This document shows, piece by piece, positions 34,824 through 46,266 of a DNA stretch of 64,000 nt. The notes under the pieces are model-generated. The model saw only the letters and a program-made list of their open reading frames with translations, was not told where the DNA came from and made no database searches. How positions within the stretch are numbered: position 1 is the first letter of the stretch; each line of letters starts with the position of its first letter. The position numbers and the translations under genes were made by a program. Location of the stretch: positions 2,852,001 to 2,916,000 of the forward strand of contig JBLDXI010000024.1 of NCBI GenBank assembly GCA_047495785.1, written 5' to 3'. Origin of the DNA: Lepidodermella squamata. Taxonomy: Eukaryota; Animalia; Gastrotricha.

Positions 34824-35208
34824 ATGCATCTTGCTATCTTGTTATTAATTGCCTTATCGGATGTCATTTTCGGATCTCTAACTAAAACCGGAAGTGTGGG
34901 GCACCAGCAATCGGCAAATACGCCTATTTCTCGTAATCATTTAGTAAAATTACCCTTTATGATATATTTTTGGTATTTTAGGCCAAATCGCTCTATCTAT
35001 GATGCGAGAGGACGTCGGGGCGATGAAGCGGCTTTGGCGTATGTTGAAACTGAGGAACGACGAGACCTCCCGGCATGCTGCGTGTATGGCTGTTTTTGCT
35101 TCAACAGATATTTGCTCTCTGAAAGCTGACGTATTCGCGCCTTTCGTTCGATGGGCGCATCTCACCGCGGCCCTCATCATGACACCCGATACAAGAGCAA
35201 AACAGTGA
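34824..35208 (+). CDS. Unknown small secreted 2-Cys protein, family member 5
   Basis: Exons 34824-34932 and 34982-35208 (phase 1); MHLAILLLIALSDVIFG...MMREDVGAMKR...RHAACMAVFASTDIC...VRWAHLTA; TATA-like element at ~34733 and Inr-like TCATTC at ~34768. Confidence 0.85.
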
Positions 35209-35984
35209 CCGCCTTCGGCGATTTGGTATTGTTCTACCGATTTGAGGAGACGAAAAATAAAACCACATATCGATGAATAACTCAGGTTTACGGTTGCTTT
35301 TGCAGTTTGAAGTAAAGGGTTTCGGTTTTGCCTTCTCATTCAAGTTCAAGTTCAAGTTTCCTATTCGTCACGCATCACCTTGAAACGGATGCGTACAGCG
35401 CTAATGACAATGATGATATTGAGGACATTTTACAACATTTTACAAGGGCGAAGATTATCCAGTTATCAAGTTGCCATTATCAAATAATCTATTACTCATA
35501 GCATGAAACTTGCTCATTTCTGGCGATGGAAGCAACGTACATCAATGAATAAAAAGTTAGAAACTGGTCAAGAAAATGTAGGGCAAACAATTCTGGCTTC
35601 TGATTCCAATGGATCTGTACAGCCTCCTGTCAATTTCGTCCCTCGTGATTTTACTGTGATCAAATTGTTTCCATAAACTGTTCGAGCCCATATTTGGCGA
35701 GATAAAATGCAGCGGTTCGTGAATTCGGTTCCCAAGGTTCAATGCAGATCATATTCGAGAGATTCGTCTCTATTTCAGAGTCAGGCCATGCCACCGTACT
35801 CATCCTACAACTCAGAACAGTTCCATCTTTGAATTTGATGAAGACAATCAACTTTTGCCTCCTCATCTGATTCAGTCAGAGTCTCTATTCTCTTGTTTTA
35901 TCTTGTTCCCAACATCGATTGACAGGTGTTGAACCTTATAGTCGTAATTTGCGTGTTGACCTTGGAATCTTGTTGCCAGGAGGC

Positions 35985-36795
35985 GGCTTGACAACGCTCC
36001 CTATATAAGACTGTATATCTCAAATTAAATACTGCTAGACTATCCTGTAAAAATGAGCTCAAGACATAAAAATACGCCACCTTGCCACGGCATGGCCCAA
36101 GCGTAAATATTAGTTTCATAATTGCCTAATGGAATAAAAACCGCAAGCAGTCAAGTAATGAGTGGAACTGTTTCAAGATTAATTCCGCCCAAATTGAGCT
36201 AACTCTAACTTGCTAAAAACTTCTCAGACTGGGAAACCGCTTGAACATTTTTGAGACCTGGTTGCAGACTTCTTGACAACGATCCTTATATATAAACCCG
36301 TATATCTCAAATTAAATAGCGCTTGAATGCATTTTACCCTGTAACATGAGCTCAAGACATTAAAATACGCCACCTTGCCATAAGCAGGCCCGCGGCGTCA
36401 TTATTAGTTTCATAATTGCATAATGGGATTAAAACATTTGTGCGATGCAATGAGTGGAATTCAATATTAATTCCGCCCAATTGAGTTTAAATGCTAAAAA
36501 CTTCTCAGACTGGGAAACCACGTGAACATTTTTGAGACCTGGTTGCAGACTGCTTGACAACAAACCCGCACATCTCAAATTAAATAGCGCTTGACTACAT
36601 TTTGAGCTCAAGACATTAAAGTACGCCACCTTGCCACGCATGTCGTCCATCATGCTTCCCCTCATGTTTTGTCCTGGGGCAGGCCCGAGGCGCCATTATA
36701 AGTTTCATAATTGCTTAATGGAATTGAAACAAAACATTTCTGCGATGCAATGAGTGGAACTGCTTCAAATTAAATCCGCCCATTTGAGCTGAAAA
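35985..36795. repeat. Three diverged ~285-bp tandem repeats
   Basis: TCTCAAATTAAATA...GAGCTCAAGACAT..AAATACGCCACCTTGCCA...AGTTTCATAATTGC...AATGAGTGGAA recurs at ~36018, ~36305 and ~36573. Confidence 0.85.
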
Positions 36796-37327
36796 CTCGT
36801 CAGGCGGGGACTTGCGTGATTGATCGTTTTGACACTGGGTTTAGATCATGACTAGAGTCTCGCCACTCTTCGTTATCGTCTTCAGCATTCAGCATTCAGC
36901 ATTAATTTTTTTCGGGGAATCGGCGTGACAATTCTATTTCGCGAAACGCGTGGTATCGCTGAACCTAAACCAAGCATTTAATGGACATGTTAGACGCTTC
37001 ACGCCGTAGTAAGTCGTGACGTAATGCGACATCTAGTTTCGGCTGTCATAAGGGTGTATTTCCGAATAATTCCGTTTTTTACGCGAAAAGCTTCATTCAT
37101 CGCTAATCAATAAGTAGCCGTTTCCTAACTATAGAAAATGACAACCAGGGCGCCTTGGACGCTATCACTTTTACATATAGCAAACTGTTAATTTGTTTGG
37201 CCCTCCCCTTCACGCATGACAATATTGTTACCACGCTTGAAATTTCGACCTGATGAAAATTCCACTGTTGTAAGCAACTTTTTTATTGAAAAGTCGCGAC
37301 TTAATCTTAATTCAATGTCACGATCAA

Positions 37328-37690
37328 TTAGGTATCGTTCTGTTGCGTCAATGCAAGCCAAATTACGACTCCACTCAGCGCAAAGCTGTTGATAATAATC
37401 GCGAGAGCACCGAGCCACACTGAAAGCCTGTACTTGTCCGCTGTGGGCGGTTTAAAGCAGAACGCGTAGTAAATAGCCGGGATCGATAGCAGCGGGAAGC
37501 CGATTATAATGGCGAGGATTGCACCGATTTGCGCCTTCAATTTCACATTCATCGCCGGCATCCAAGGGCATTGCGAGTGCAGTTCGGGGAACATTACAGG
37601 CCAAGACTCTTCTGCGGTATTGCCAATGATGTTGCCCTTATAAGTCGGGGCAGCATTTTCGACAAACACAATTGCTTGGGTCTCACTCAT
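37328..37690 (-). CDS. Intronless two-hydrophobic-segment membrane protein, CD225/dispanin (IFITM/PRRT)-like
   Basis: MSETQ start at 37690; GAILAIIIGFPLLSIPAIYYAF...ADKYRLSVWLGALAIIINSFALSGVVIWLAL resembles the CD225 pattern; TATA box ~50 bp upstream. Confidence 0.6.
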   Translation of the reverse strand: MSETQAIVFVENAAPTYKGNIIGNTAEESWPVMFPELHSQCPWMPAMNVKLKAQIGAILAIIIGFPLLSIPAIYYAFCFKPPTADKYRLSVWLGALAIIINSFALSGVVIWLALTQQNDT

Positions 37691-37733
37691 GTTCAAGAAA
37701 AAATGATGCACGCTGTAACTAATTCTATAGCCT

Positions 37734-37870
37734 CTTTATAGCCAAAAAGATAAGCGTCGATGAATCATCTGATAAGATAAGAAGACCAAAATAGGCCGAT
37801 AGATGATTTATTGAGCTCATTTACAGACACCCTAGATAAGTGAACCTAAGTGCGACATGTGCGTGATAAT
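37734..37870 (-). promoter_or_regulatory. TATA box plus a cluster of five WGATAA (GATA) sites upstream of the CD225-like gene
   Basis: TATAAAG (-) at 37740-37734; AGATAA/TGATAA at 37748, 37770, 37775, 37834, 37864. Confidence 0.5.
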
Positions 37871-37875
37871 GTCAA

Positions 37876-38251
37876 AGGGCGACTGACGAATATTCTGGCG
37901 GTTTTTATCCCAAATTAAAATTCAAGCGATTCTAAATCGATCGGATAAGGGTGTCAAGCGCGAAAAAATTAATATTAATAAATTGTACGCGCGCACTGAA
38001 TTTTGCGTGCGTCATAAGCGAAGTACGGGGGGGAATGAGGGGTATCGTACTCCCAGTTCACAAGGCCAAAGTGAAAAATCCCCCCAAAAAACCACAGGGG
38101 GGACCCTTTGGTCATAAAATTTGGGCCCGAAAATGCCCCCTAGTTCGAGGATCCTACTTCTCGCACTGCTGGAACCCCATATTCAATCGATTGAGAATCA
38201 CCTGAATTTCAATTAGGTTTGAAAACCGCCAGAATATTCGGAAGTAGCCCT
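37876..38251. mobile_element. Kolobok-like MITE containing hAT MITE family B copy 2 (38018-38168)
   Basis: ~85-bp imperfect TIRs AGGGC..CGAATATTCTGGCGGTTTT / AAAACCGCCAGAATATTCG..GCCCT flanked by T(C)AA and TTAA. Confidence 0.65.
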
Positions 38252-38329
38252 TTAACACCATGTTGCGCAATCCGAGCAGAATTCGCCTTTTTGTTCACTT
38301 TTTTGAGGAGGGTATGCAAATAAGCATTT

Positions 38330-41300
38330 TTATTGATGAATAACAATTTCACACTTTCTAGCGCCGCGTTCGGTCAAAAATTTGACAATATCAGGCTTGT
38401 GGCGGAATTTTGCATAGGCAAGCGGGGTAAGGCCGCTGTTGTCCTCGACATCGATCAGCTCAGGCTGATTCTCCAACAAGTACCGCACAACATCCAAATG
38501 GCCATGCGCTGAAGCTAAATGAATCGCCAACGCGCCTTGCTCGCCATCTCTCGCCAGATAGTTCGCGCCTCTGTTGATAAGGAAGCTCACGGTTTCAAGG
38601 TGCCCTCTAGCTGCAGCGGCTAGTAATGGGCTACTGCCGAACTGACCCTTCGACTCCATATTCGCATTCGCGTCCAAAAGACATCGAACGGCCTTGGCTT
38701 GACCATTGAAAGCCGCCCGCCATAATGGAGTATCCCCATTCCGATTCGTCACCTCCAACATGCGTTTTGTCCTTGACCGATCGAGATCCGCCTTAAGGAG
38801 TAGCGCAACCACCTCGACGTGACCATTTTGAGCTGCTAGATGAATTGCATAGCCGTCAACATCAGCTGGGTGGTGACTCCTCACCATAGGATCGGCTCCC
38901 TTGCGCAATAAAAGGGAGACCAAGTCCAAATTACCATCAGCACTCGCTTGTTGCAAAGGGGTACGTCCTATACGGCTCCTAACCTCGAGGTTAGCCCCTT
39001 TTGAGATTAGGAAGTCTAAAATTTGAACCTGCTTCTTATTCACTGAGTTCCATAACGGAGTTTCGTTATGTCTGTTGAGGCTATCCAAGGATTTAGGGCA
39101 ATGCTCAAGAACGACTCTGCAGACCTCTAGGGAGCCCGAGGATGTAGCTAAGTGAAGAATCCCCTCCCGGTCAGGTCCATAGTCCTGAGCGTCGAAATCA
39201 GCCCCGTTATTGATCAAATAGGACACCATCTTCAATCGACCAGCTGCTACGGCTTTGAGTAAAGGAGTTTGGCCAGAGCCACCCTGAGCCTCGAGTAACT
39301 CTAAATCCTTATCCAAAAAGAACTCAACCAACTCCATGAAACCTTCAGCCGCAGATATATGAATAGGCATATCACCCTGGTTGTTGCGAACATCGATCGC
39401 AGAGTGGTATCTCGAAATTAGGAACTTGACAACATCCAACTGGCCACATCTAGCCGCGTAATGAATAGGCAAATCGCCGACAGAATCTAGGCCATTAATG
39501 ACTGTCAACGGGAAGAAGGCCAAATCGCCATTAAGCAGGATCTGATGTCGATAACTAGGACAAGACAGTATTTCGACTATCCCAACCAGATCGCTTGATT
39601 TAATTGCCTTCAAAAGTCTATTCCTCGTTAATTTTCCGTCATCATTCGACCAATTTTTGATAGCAGCCAGGAGTTGTCTCTGGGGGAATATCCGTGATAA
39701 CGCCTCCTCTTGCATCCGTTTTAGATCATCCAACGTCAAACGTTGCCCTATTAAGGAAAAGATAATTTTTATAATCAAATTTCCAAAAAATGCAGTCAGT
39801 CTGTTAGCATTTCTTAATCGCGACATGACTTTGACCTACATTTGAGGGCATGACAGAGTGTCCTAATCAAATCGAGTGATGTTTGGCCTATTTCGCACCT
39901 TTCGTCCTAATTGTTTAGCTTACTGTGTAAAATTTCGATAATTTGACGAAGATAAGGCCGCGGGATGTCCTCACACGCAGCTAGGCGGATAATTTCATTT
40001 TCTTCAAAGTTGATTGAGCGAGAATCAGGCGGTATAGATCCTATCGAGAGAGATCGAGGGAGAAGAGCTGAATTATGAGGCAGATCTCGTTTCAAAAACG
40101 GCTCCTGTTCCAGGATTTGAGAGGCTTTAGGCCGATTTGCTGGGTCTTTTTCGAGTAAGGAAAATACATAAATCCTAAGGCTTTCGCTGTATCGATAACT
40201 AAAATTCTCCGGCGGCTTGTTGAGTATCGAATCGCATAAAATATGAGCATTTCGGCTATAAAACTAATGAAATTTTATGAAATTTTATGAAATTTAAAAA
40301 ATTTGACTCACAGGTAATTTCAAATTTGAAATTTCGAAAAGAAGGACGCCCAAGGACCAAATATCGCTCTCGGCTGTGTGACAGTCGCCGTATATTAGCT
40401 CAGGAGGGCAATATTCCCATGTTGGTTCGCGCTTCAGAACAGGACTGCCAGGTAAACTATTGGAGCAATTTTTCTGGTGGAATTGCATCGATGGAGCTAT
40501 TGGGACGTAATTTGACGTTGAAGCAGGAGGAAAATGATGGTCCGTTTTTAGGGCCGATCCATCAAAACTCGGCGACATTGGTAAGCGGCGGCCCAGCCCA
40601 AATGTCCCTAATTTTGCTATTTCTCGATTATTCGATAGATACGTGTTCTGAAAAAATTTCAAAAAATGTCAAACATTATTAAAAAATTGAATTAGGGTCT
40701 ATAGCTTGTTTCCCAGCCCCAAGAATAAACTTCTGAATTTTCTAGAATTTTAAGATCACTTCGTGGATTTTACATTTATTTGAAGATCTTTGATTAAAAA
40801 ATTCATCTCCAGTTTGAAATTTGGCGAATTTCAAAATTATCAAAAAATTGCACAAATATCACTACAAGAAAGATACTTGCCTTGGGAATTACAGCTCGAT
40901 GGGTCAAATTTTTCTCATGAAGGTAGGCAAGAGCTGAAACCAGCTGCCTCGACCATCTTTGGATATCAATTTCCCGAAAATACGCCGATTTTCCAGAAGC
41001 AATGCGGATCGCCTCACGAAATGTCCCTAAAAATATATTTTTTAATAGGCCAAAATTTCGAAATTTTTCCAAAGCCTACCCCCATCACAGTACTCCAGAA
41101 CCAGATGAAAATTGTCGCCCTCCAAAAATGATCCGAAGCATTTGATTAAATTCGCATGGTTGAGCTGTTTCAATAAACTCTGAAAAATTAAAAAAAATAG
41201 TAAAAAAACTGGTGCGGAAAATTAAACTTTTTTGACCTCATTACGGCCAATTTCAACTAGAGCAGCAGCTGCTTTCGACAAAAAACGTGATTCGTTAGGT

Positions 41301-41515
41301 TGTTTAGCCGGCGATGCGTTTCGGCTGCCTTTTGCTGGCCGATGCTGATGGCCGACCAGGGCGCTTAAATCAATCTCCTCGAGTACCAACAAGGCGCCAT
41401 CGACGCGTCGCCGTACCAGGTACACCTGGCCGAAATTTGACCCACTTCCGAGGCATTTAACCGCCTCCAACTCGCTGATACTCGAAACAGCCGAGCAGTC
41501 GGACGTAGCATTCAT
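38330..41515 (-). CDS. NEK-like pseudokinase, probably fused to ~11 C-terminal ankyrin repeats
   Basis: Kinase exons 41515 to ~39925 (LGSGSNFGQVYLV, LKQLNHANLI, LVLEYCDGG, YCPPE, SDIWSLGVLLFEI, KDPANRP); a single long exon ~39748-38330 with GxTPLxxAAxxG repeats; one GC-AG intron; junctions at 39750-39925 uncertain. Confidence 0.8.
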
Positions 41516-44196
41516 TTGAAAATATGCCGATGTAAACAATTTTAGTTATTTCGCAAGTTTACATGGGGAGGAATTATTGAATTTTTTTATCGCCGGCATA
41601 TTACTGTACTGGAAACGCCGCCTGCTGACTCGTTTAGCATCCGGCATTTATTATGGAGACGAGAGGCGATTAAATTTAGAGTTTATTCGCGCACTTGTTC
41701 GGACACCATTAAAATCGATTATTTACCAGAAAATACGAGAACCAGACGATTTTTTTCATAATTTTCCGTCTTCACTCAGCCGCCTAAACGAAAATCTGAA
41801 TGCTGAATGCTGAATTTACCCAGTTCGAGTAATCCTACAATTCCAACCAAGGAAATTGCGAAAATCGAAAAATTTGTTGATTTATTCCTGTAAAATGTTG
41901 TGAAAAAACAGGGAAAATGCTAATTTGATATTCAAATTGCGTTATAAAAGGCTGATGGACAATTTCCATCAAGAATAGGGGAAAAGCTGAAATGTAGAAA
42001 TTTTACAGCTAATAATGTGTTTTATGGTTGTTCCAAGTGCGCACTCTAATTTAGGGTTCCACCGACCGCTCCGGCACTGAGTGTCCCAAAATATTTCTTC
42101 TCTAATCTCTATCTCTAACTGCCTCGTCGATTTACGAGTTATACTACAGAGCCGATATCGATTTCAAGTACCGATTTTACAAATCAGTGATTTTTCCAAT
42201 AATATTTATCTAGAAAACCTAAATTGAAAAATGTCTTCCATTGCTGATGGTACCGGGAGCCAAAATAAAAATAAATTACCCACATTAATAGAGGTCAACA
42301 GGCATCGATCAAGAAAAAAATCATAAATTCGGGAAAATTCCGCAGAAATCAGTCCTACCCTATGCATCCACTTTTCGACGTCTTATATAACAAAAAATGA
42401 TCGGGAAACGTTTTTTAATTTATTCATTTGGTGTCGAGGCTAAAATCTGGCCTTTTCCCATTTTTTGTTTTACCATGCGGTGATCAACAACACTGGGTCC
42501 TGCCTTCTTCTGACTGTAATAAACATAGCCTATTGTTTACTCGGGAAGAGCGTCGCGTTATTTCACGCGACTCATCCGACGCGGCCAGTGGCTCATGATA
42601 AGAAAGGCAGTAGTGGTATTTTGCTCATCCTCAAACGACGCCATACTTCATATTTGTCTGCCGCGCTCCTTAGCCTGGCCACGGCCAGGTAGGTAGAACG
42701 GCGCGGCACTGACATACAAGCAAATAACGGCCTGATAATACAGCCAGATATATTCCATTACCATATAACGCGAGTCAGCAAAATAATATAATGCAGCATT
42801 ATATTAGAACATTAGAACAGAATTTTCCAGAAATATTTTAGGATTTTATTAGATAACCCTGATTTATTAGTATATTTTTTTAATTTTTTCAAAAAAATTC
42901 TTTATCCAAGAAAAATTAATTATAGCCGAAATTTACCTGGGTTTTTTGGATGCATGGTTAACATTAACATCGTTCTTCAAATATTATACTCGCGCTGACG
43001 CTTCGTGTTCGTTTAATAGCCGCCCGCCCACAACCGCGCGGATGAGGCGAAATCGGTTCGCCGATGATTTGCGCGCGCGTGTATCGACGTAACAACACAT
43101 GTTACTCCTATATATTATATTAAGGCGGAGTTTTCGAATCGCGCTTATGTGTGTGCGTGCGCGCGAGCGGGGGCGGTTATATGTTCGGGTTTTATTAATG
43201 ATTGACAGATAGATGGGTACCGTGATAGTAGCACACGCACGCGCACATACACATAGGCGAGCAACTTTATATCCTGCATTTACGTTTATTAAAGAGCCTG
43301 GCTATACATCACTTCTTACCAATATATTTCTGACCAACACAAGAATACCTATATTCGAACACATAGGTTTAGGGCTGAGTGTTACCCAGAAACCAGAAAA
43401 TGCCTTTTTTCGCCATTTTTCTGATTTTTTTTACATTTTAATTATAGGCCCGGTTAATGGGCCGGTTAATTTTATTTCAAGTAAATATATGCATAATTTT
43501 CCCATTTTTTCATTTTTTTTATAATTCGCTATTACGATTTTCACCCTCCCTTTTATTGGTTTTAAACAATTTAACAATTACAAGTTGCTTTTTTGTATTT
43601 TTTGTGCCGCAGATTTTTTTTTTAATTTTCTGCATATTGCATATAGGGCAATACATTTTTATCCAAAATATCATGCCGAGAAATGACCCTTTATTATTTT
43701 CTGTTTACGGTGTTTACGGTAATGCAACCGAGTGAAATGTATTGGGAAATGGGATCAGAAAGCCTTTTAAGCTAAAGGCGATCTTCGATCCTATTGCCCA
43801 AGATCAATTTGAAATAGCTTGAAAATAATACTTGAAAACCGATGATGCAATTCGGGAAGGAAAATTGTAAAAAGTCGGGGCTATTCAGTTCAACCAGCAA
43901 ATTCGGAATAATTAATAATATTTAATTTCGAAAATACCGAATATTTACCATTAAATGGGAATTTCGGGTATTTGTTGGCGAAATTGCGGGTAATAAATGG
44001 GAAAGGCTACCAGAAGCATTAATTGGGAAATTGGGAAATTTCTGCGATAATTTGGAATTTTTCATTTTTATTTCATTTTTTTTAATTTCAAACTTATAAT
44101 TTAGCCGTTGGTTTATTACTTTTTTCGATTTTTTGATAATTTTTTAGAATATTCATGAAATATTTTTAAATTTGTTAAAATAGCTCCATATTTTTA

Positions 44197-46266
44197 ATGT
44201 CTCAACTTGTCTGGTACGAGCGCGATCAGTCGCTCGAGTTACACAAGCGCCGTGCGGAGGAGTCTAAGAAGCTCGCTAGAAACGACCGAGCCCCAACCAT
44301 AAGCACCAACCGCCTAGCCTCAATCGCGCAAACCGACCGGTCACTCGCGCCGGTTTTCGACCCAGCCACAAAGGGCAAACCTATCACCCTTGAAGAACTC
44401 ATCAGCGACCCAACGAAAATCAACAACGACCGCTACCTGGTTTGTCGGGTTGTTTCCGATGTGATATACCGCACCCATAACGGCCAAATTGCTACGATAT
44501 TAGTCGACGACCCTGATGGAAAGTATGCCATGCCGTTACAGCTGATCAACTACAACGTGAAAATGCCGGATGGATCTGGGTTCCCGATTGTCCCGAATGA
44601 GGGCAAATTGCCAGAGAGAGGGACGTGTCTCATCGTCCTGAACCCTTCGTGTAAGGATAGGAATGACTACAACGCGATTTTGTGCCAAAACCCGGCTCAT
44701 CTACTAACAATCGGCCCGGAACACCCGGTTTTCACCGAAAAACAGGTCAAATTCGCGGTTGACCTTCAAATCCCGGAAACTGATCTTCAGAAGAAAATTG
44801 CTCAACTCGACATGAATGGGAAGGGTGTGCAGTACTACCTTAAGAAAAACTACTACATGGCCCTGATCTGCTTCAATAACGCCATCAAAAGTGCTGCAAA
44901 ACTCGAGGCGAAATTTTTTGTCAATCGATCCGCGTTATACCTGGCGACAAACGACATTGAACTTGCGTTGAAGGACGCGGAAACAGGGCTTGGCATCGAG
45001 CCAAAAAATGCGAAGCTTCAACTCAGAAAGGCTAATGCTTTATTCAAACTACGCCGGTACCAGGATTGTCTGGATTTCATTTCGGCAAACGAAGGATCGG
45101 ATTTCGGGGACATCAAACAACATTGCGACGATGCGATTCAAGAATCGAAAACTGGCGCGTTTGATTACGTGAAAATGTGGGATGAGGCTAAAACTAATCC
45201 TTACCTCGAGCGGCATGCGAATTATTTGAAAAACGGGGAATACATCGAGTTGAAGGACGGAAATTTCGTTGCGAGTCGAGATATCGAGCCTGGTACGCTG
45301 CTGATGGCTACGAAAGCTTTTGCCTATTGGCGACCTCAGCAGGGCGAACCTTTCAGTCATCAGTTGATCACTTTGATAGCAGCGAAAATTTCCTTAAGGC
45401 AATCTGTGGCGAAAGGGCTGTCCCTTCTCCTGGTTGATAAGGGTGATGAAGTTCTACCGGGTGGTCAAATGACTCTGAGTAAGATGGCAACGATATTGGA
45501 GCGACACATGGCTACGGCAATATGTTCCCCCGTCGAGGGTGAGGACTATTCAACCGATGGCTACGGTCTCTGGATTTGGCCCTGTTTCATCAATCGAACT
45601 CGCTGCGTTGGCGAGAATTGCGTATCTCAGTACATTGGCGACTTCATGTTCATCCGATCGAGCCGGCCGATTAAAAAGGGCCAATCTTTGAATATGACCC
45701 GATTCACGACACCGTATGGTAAGCTGAAGGATCGGGCGAAATTTCGGAAGGAGCACGGTCTTTCTGGGTGTTCATGCCAGTTATGTAAACTTCAGTCGGA
45801 ACTTTTGCCCGATAGTAGCGAGAAATGGGATGAAATTAAGGGCCAGCTTAACAAGGCGGAAATCATCACAGATATCAACGAAAGAATCGCAAAGCTCAAA
45901 GAAATGCTGAACGAAGCAACTTCCATCACGAAATCGCCGATCAACACCTTGGTCATGGAGGTTAAGGAACGACTAGCCTATGCATTGGCCCTGGCTGGCA
46001 ATGTGAGGGAAGCTGTCGGTTTTATGGAAATGGTCGAAAGTTTGTATGAACACTTCGGTTTCACGCAGCGAGCCTTCTACACTGCCCACTGGTTGACGCT
46101 CCAGATGAAGAAGCTAGGTTCGGACGGAGTGAAACGCAGGGCGGCTTGGATTGATCGAGTTCGGCATTTGATTCGTGTTATGTATGGCGACGAGGCCTTG
46201 CTGAAGCACATCGATTTGTTTGAAAGTGATACTGATCCGTTCCCTAACGCTCGAAGGCCGTTGTAG
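44197..46266 (+). CDS. Intronless TPR + SET-domain protein (689 aa), SMYD-like/fungal-type N-terminal domain-TPR-SET architecture
   Basis: TPRs (KGVQYYLKKNYYMALICFNNAI, FFVNRSALYL, LRKANALFKLRRYQDC), SET-N (FVASRDIEPGTLLM), SET-C (GLWIWPCFINRTRC...MFIRSSRPIKKGQSL), post-SET CSCQLC. Confidence 0.85.
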   Translation: MSQLVWYERDQSLELHKRRAEESKKLARNDRAPTISTNRLASIAQTDRSLAPVFDPATKGKPITLEELISDPTKINNDRYLVCRVVSDVIYRTHNGQIATILVDDPDGKYAMPLQLINYNVKMPDGSGFPIVPNEGKLPERGTCLIVLNPSCKDRNDYNAILCQNPAHLLTIGPEHPVFTEKQVKFAVDLQIPETDLQKKIAQLDMNGKGVQYYLKKNYYMALICFNNAIKSAAKLEAKFFVNRSALYLATNDIELALKDAETGLGIEPKNAKLQLRKANALFKLRRYQDCLDFISANEGSDFGDIKQHCDDAIQESKTGAFDYVKMWDEAKTNPYLERHANYLKNGEYIELKDGNFVASRDIEPGTLLMATKAFAYWRPQQGEPFSHQLITLIAAKISLRQSVAKGLSLLLVDKGDEVLPGGQMTLSKMATILERHMATAICSPVEGEDYSTDGYGLWIWPCFINRTRCVGENCVSQYIGDFMFIRSSRPIKKGQSLNMTRFTTPYGKLKDRAKFRKEHGLSGCSCQLCKLQSELLPDSSEKWDEIKGQLNKAEIITDINERIAKLKEMLNEATSITKSPINTLVMEVKERLAYALALAGNVREAVGFMEMVESLYEHFGFTQRAFYTAHWLTLQMKKLGSDGVKRRAAWIDRVRHLIRVMYGDEALLKHIDLFESDTDPFPNARRPL

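Noticed and set aside
35985-36795. Repeat-spacer appearance suggesting CRISPR
   Set aside because: Eukaryotic context; units are ~285-bp diverged tandem duplicates with no unique spacers or cas genes
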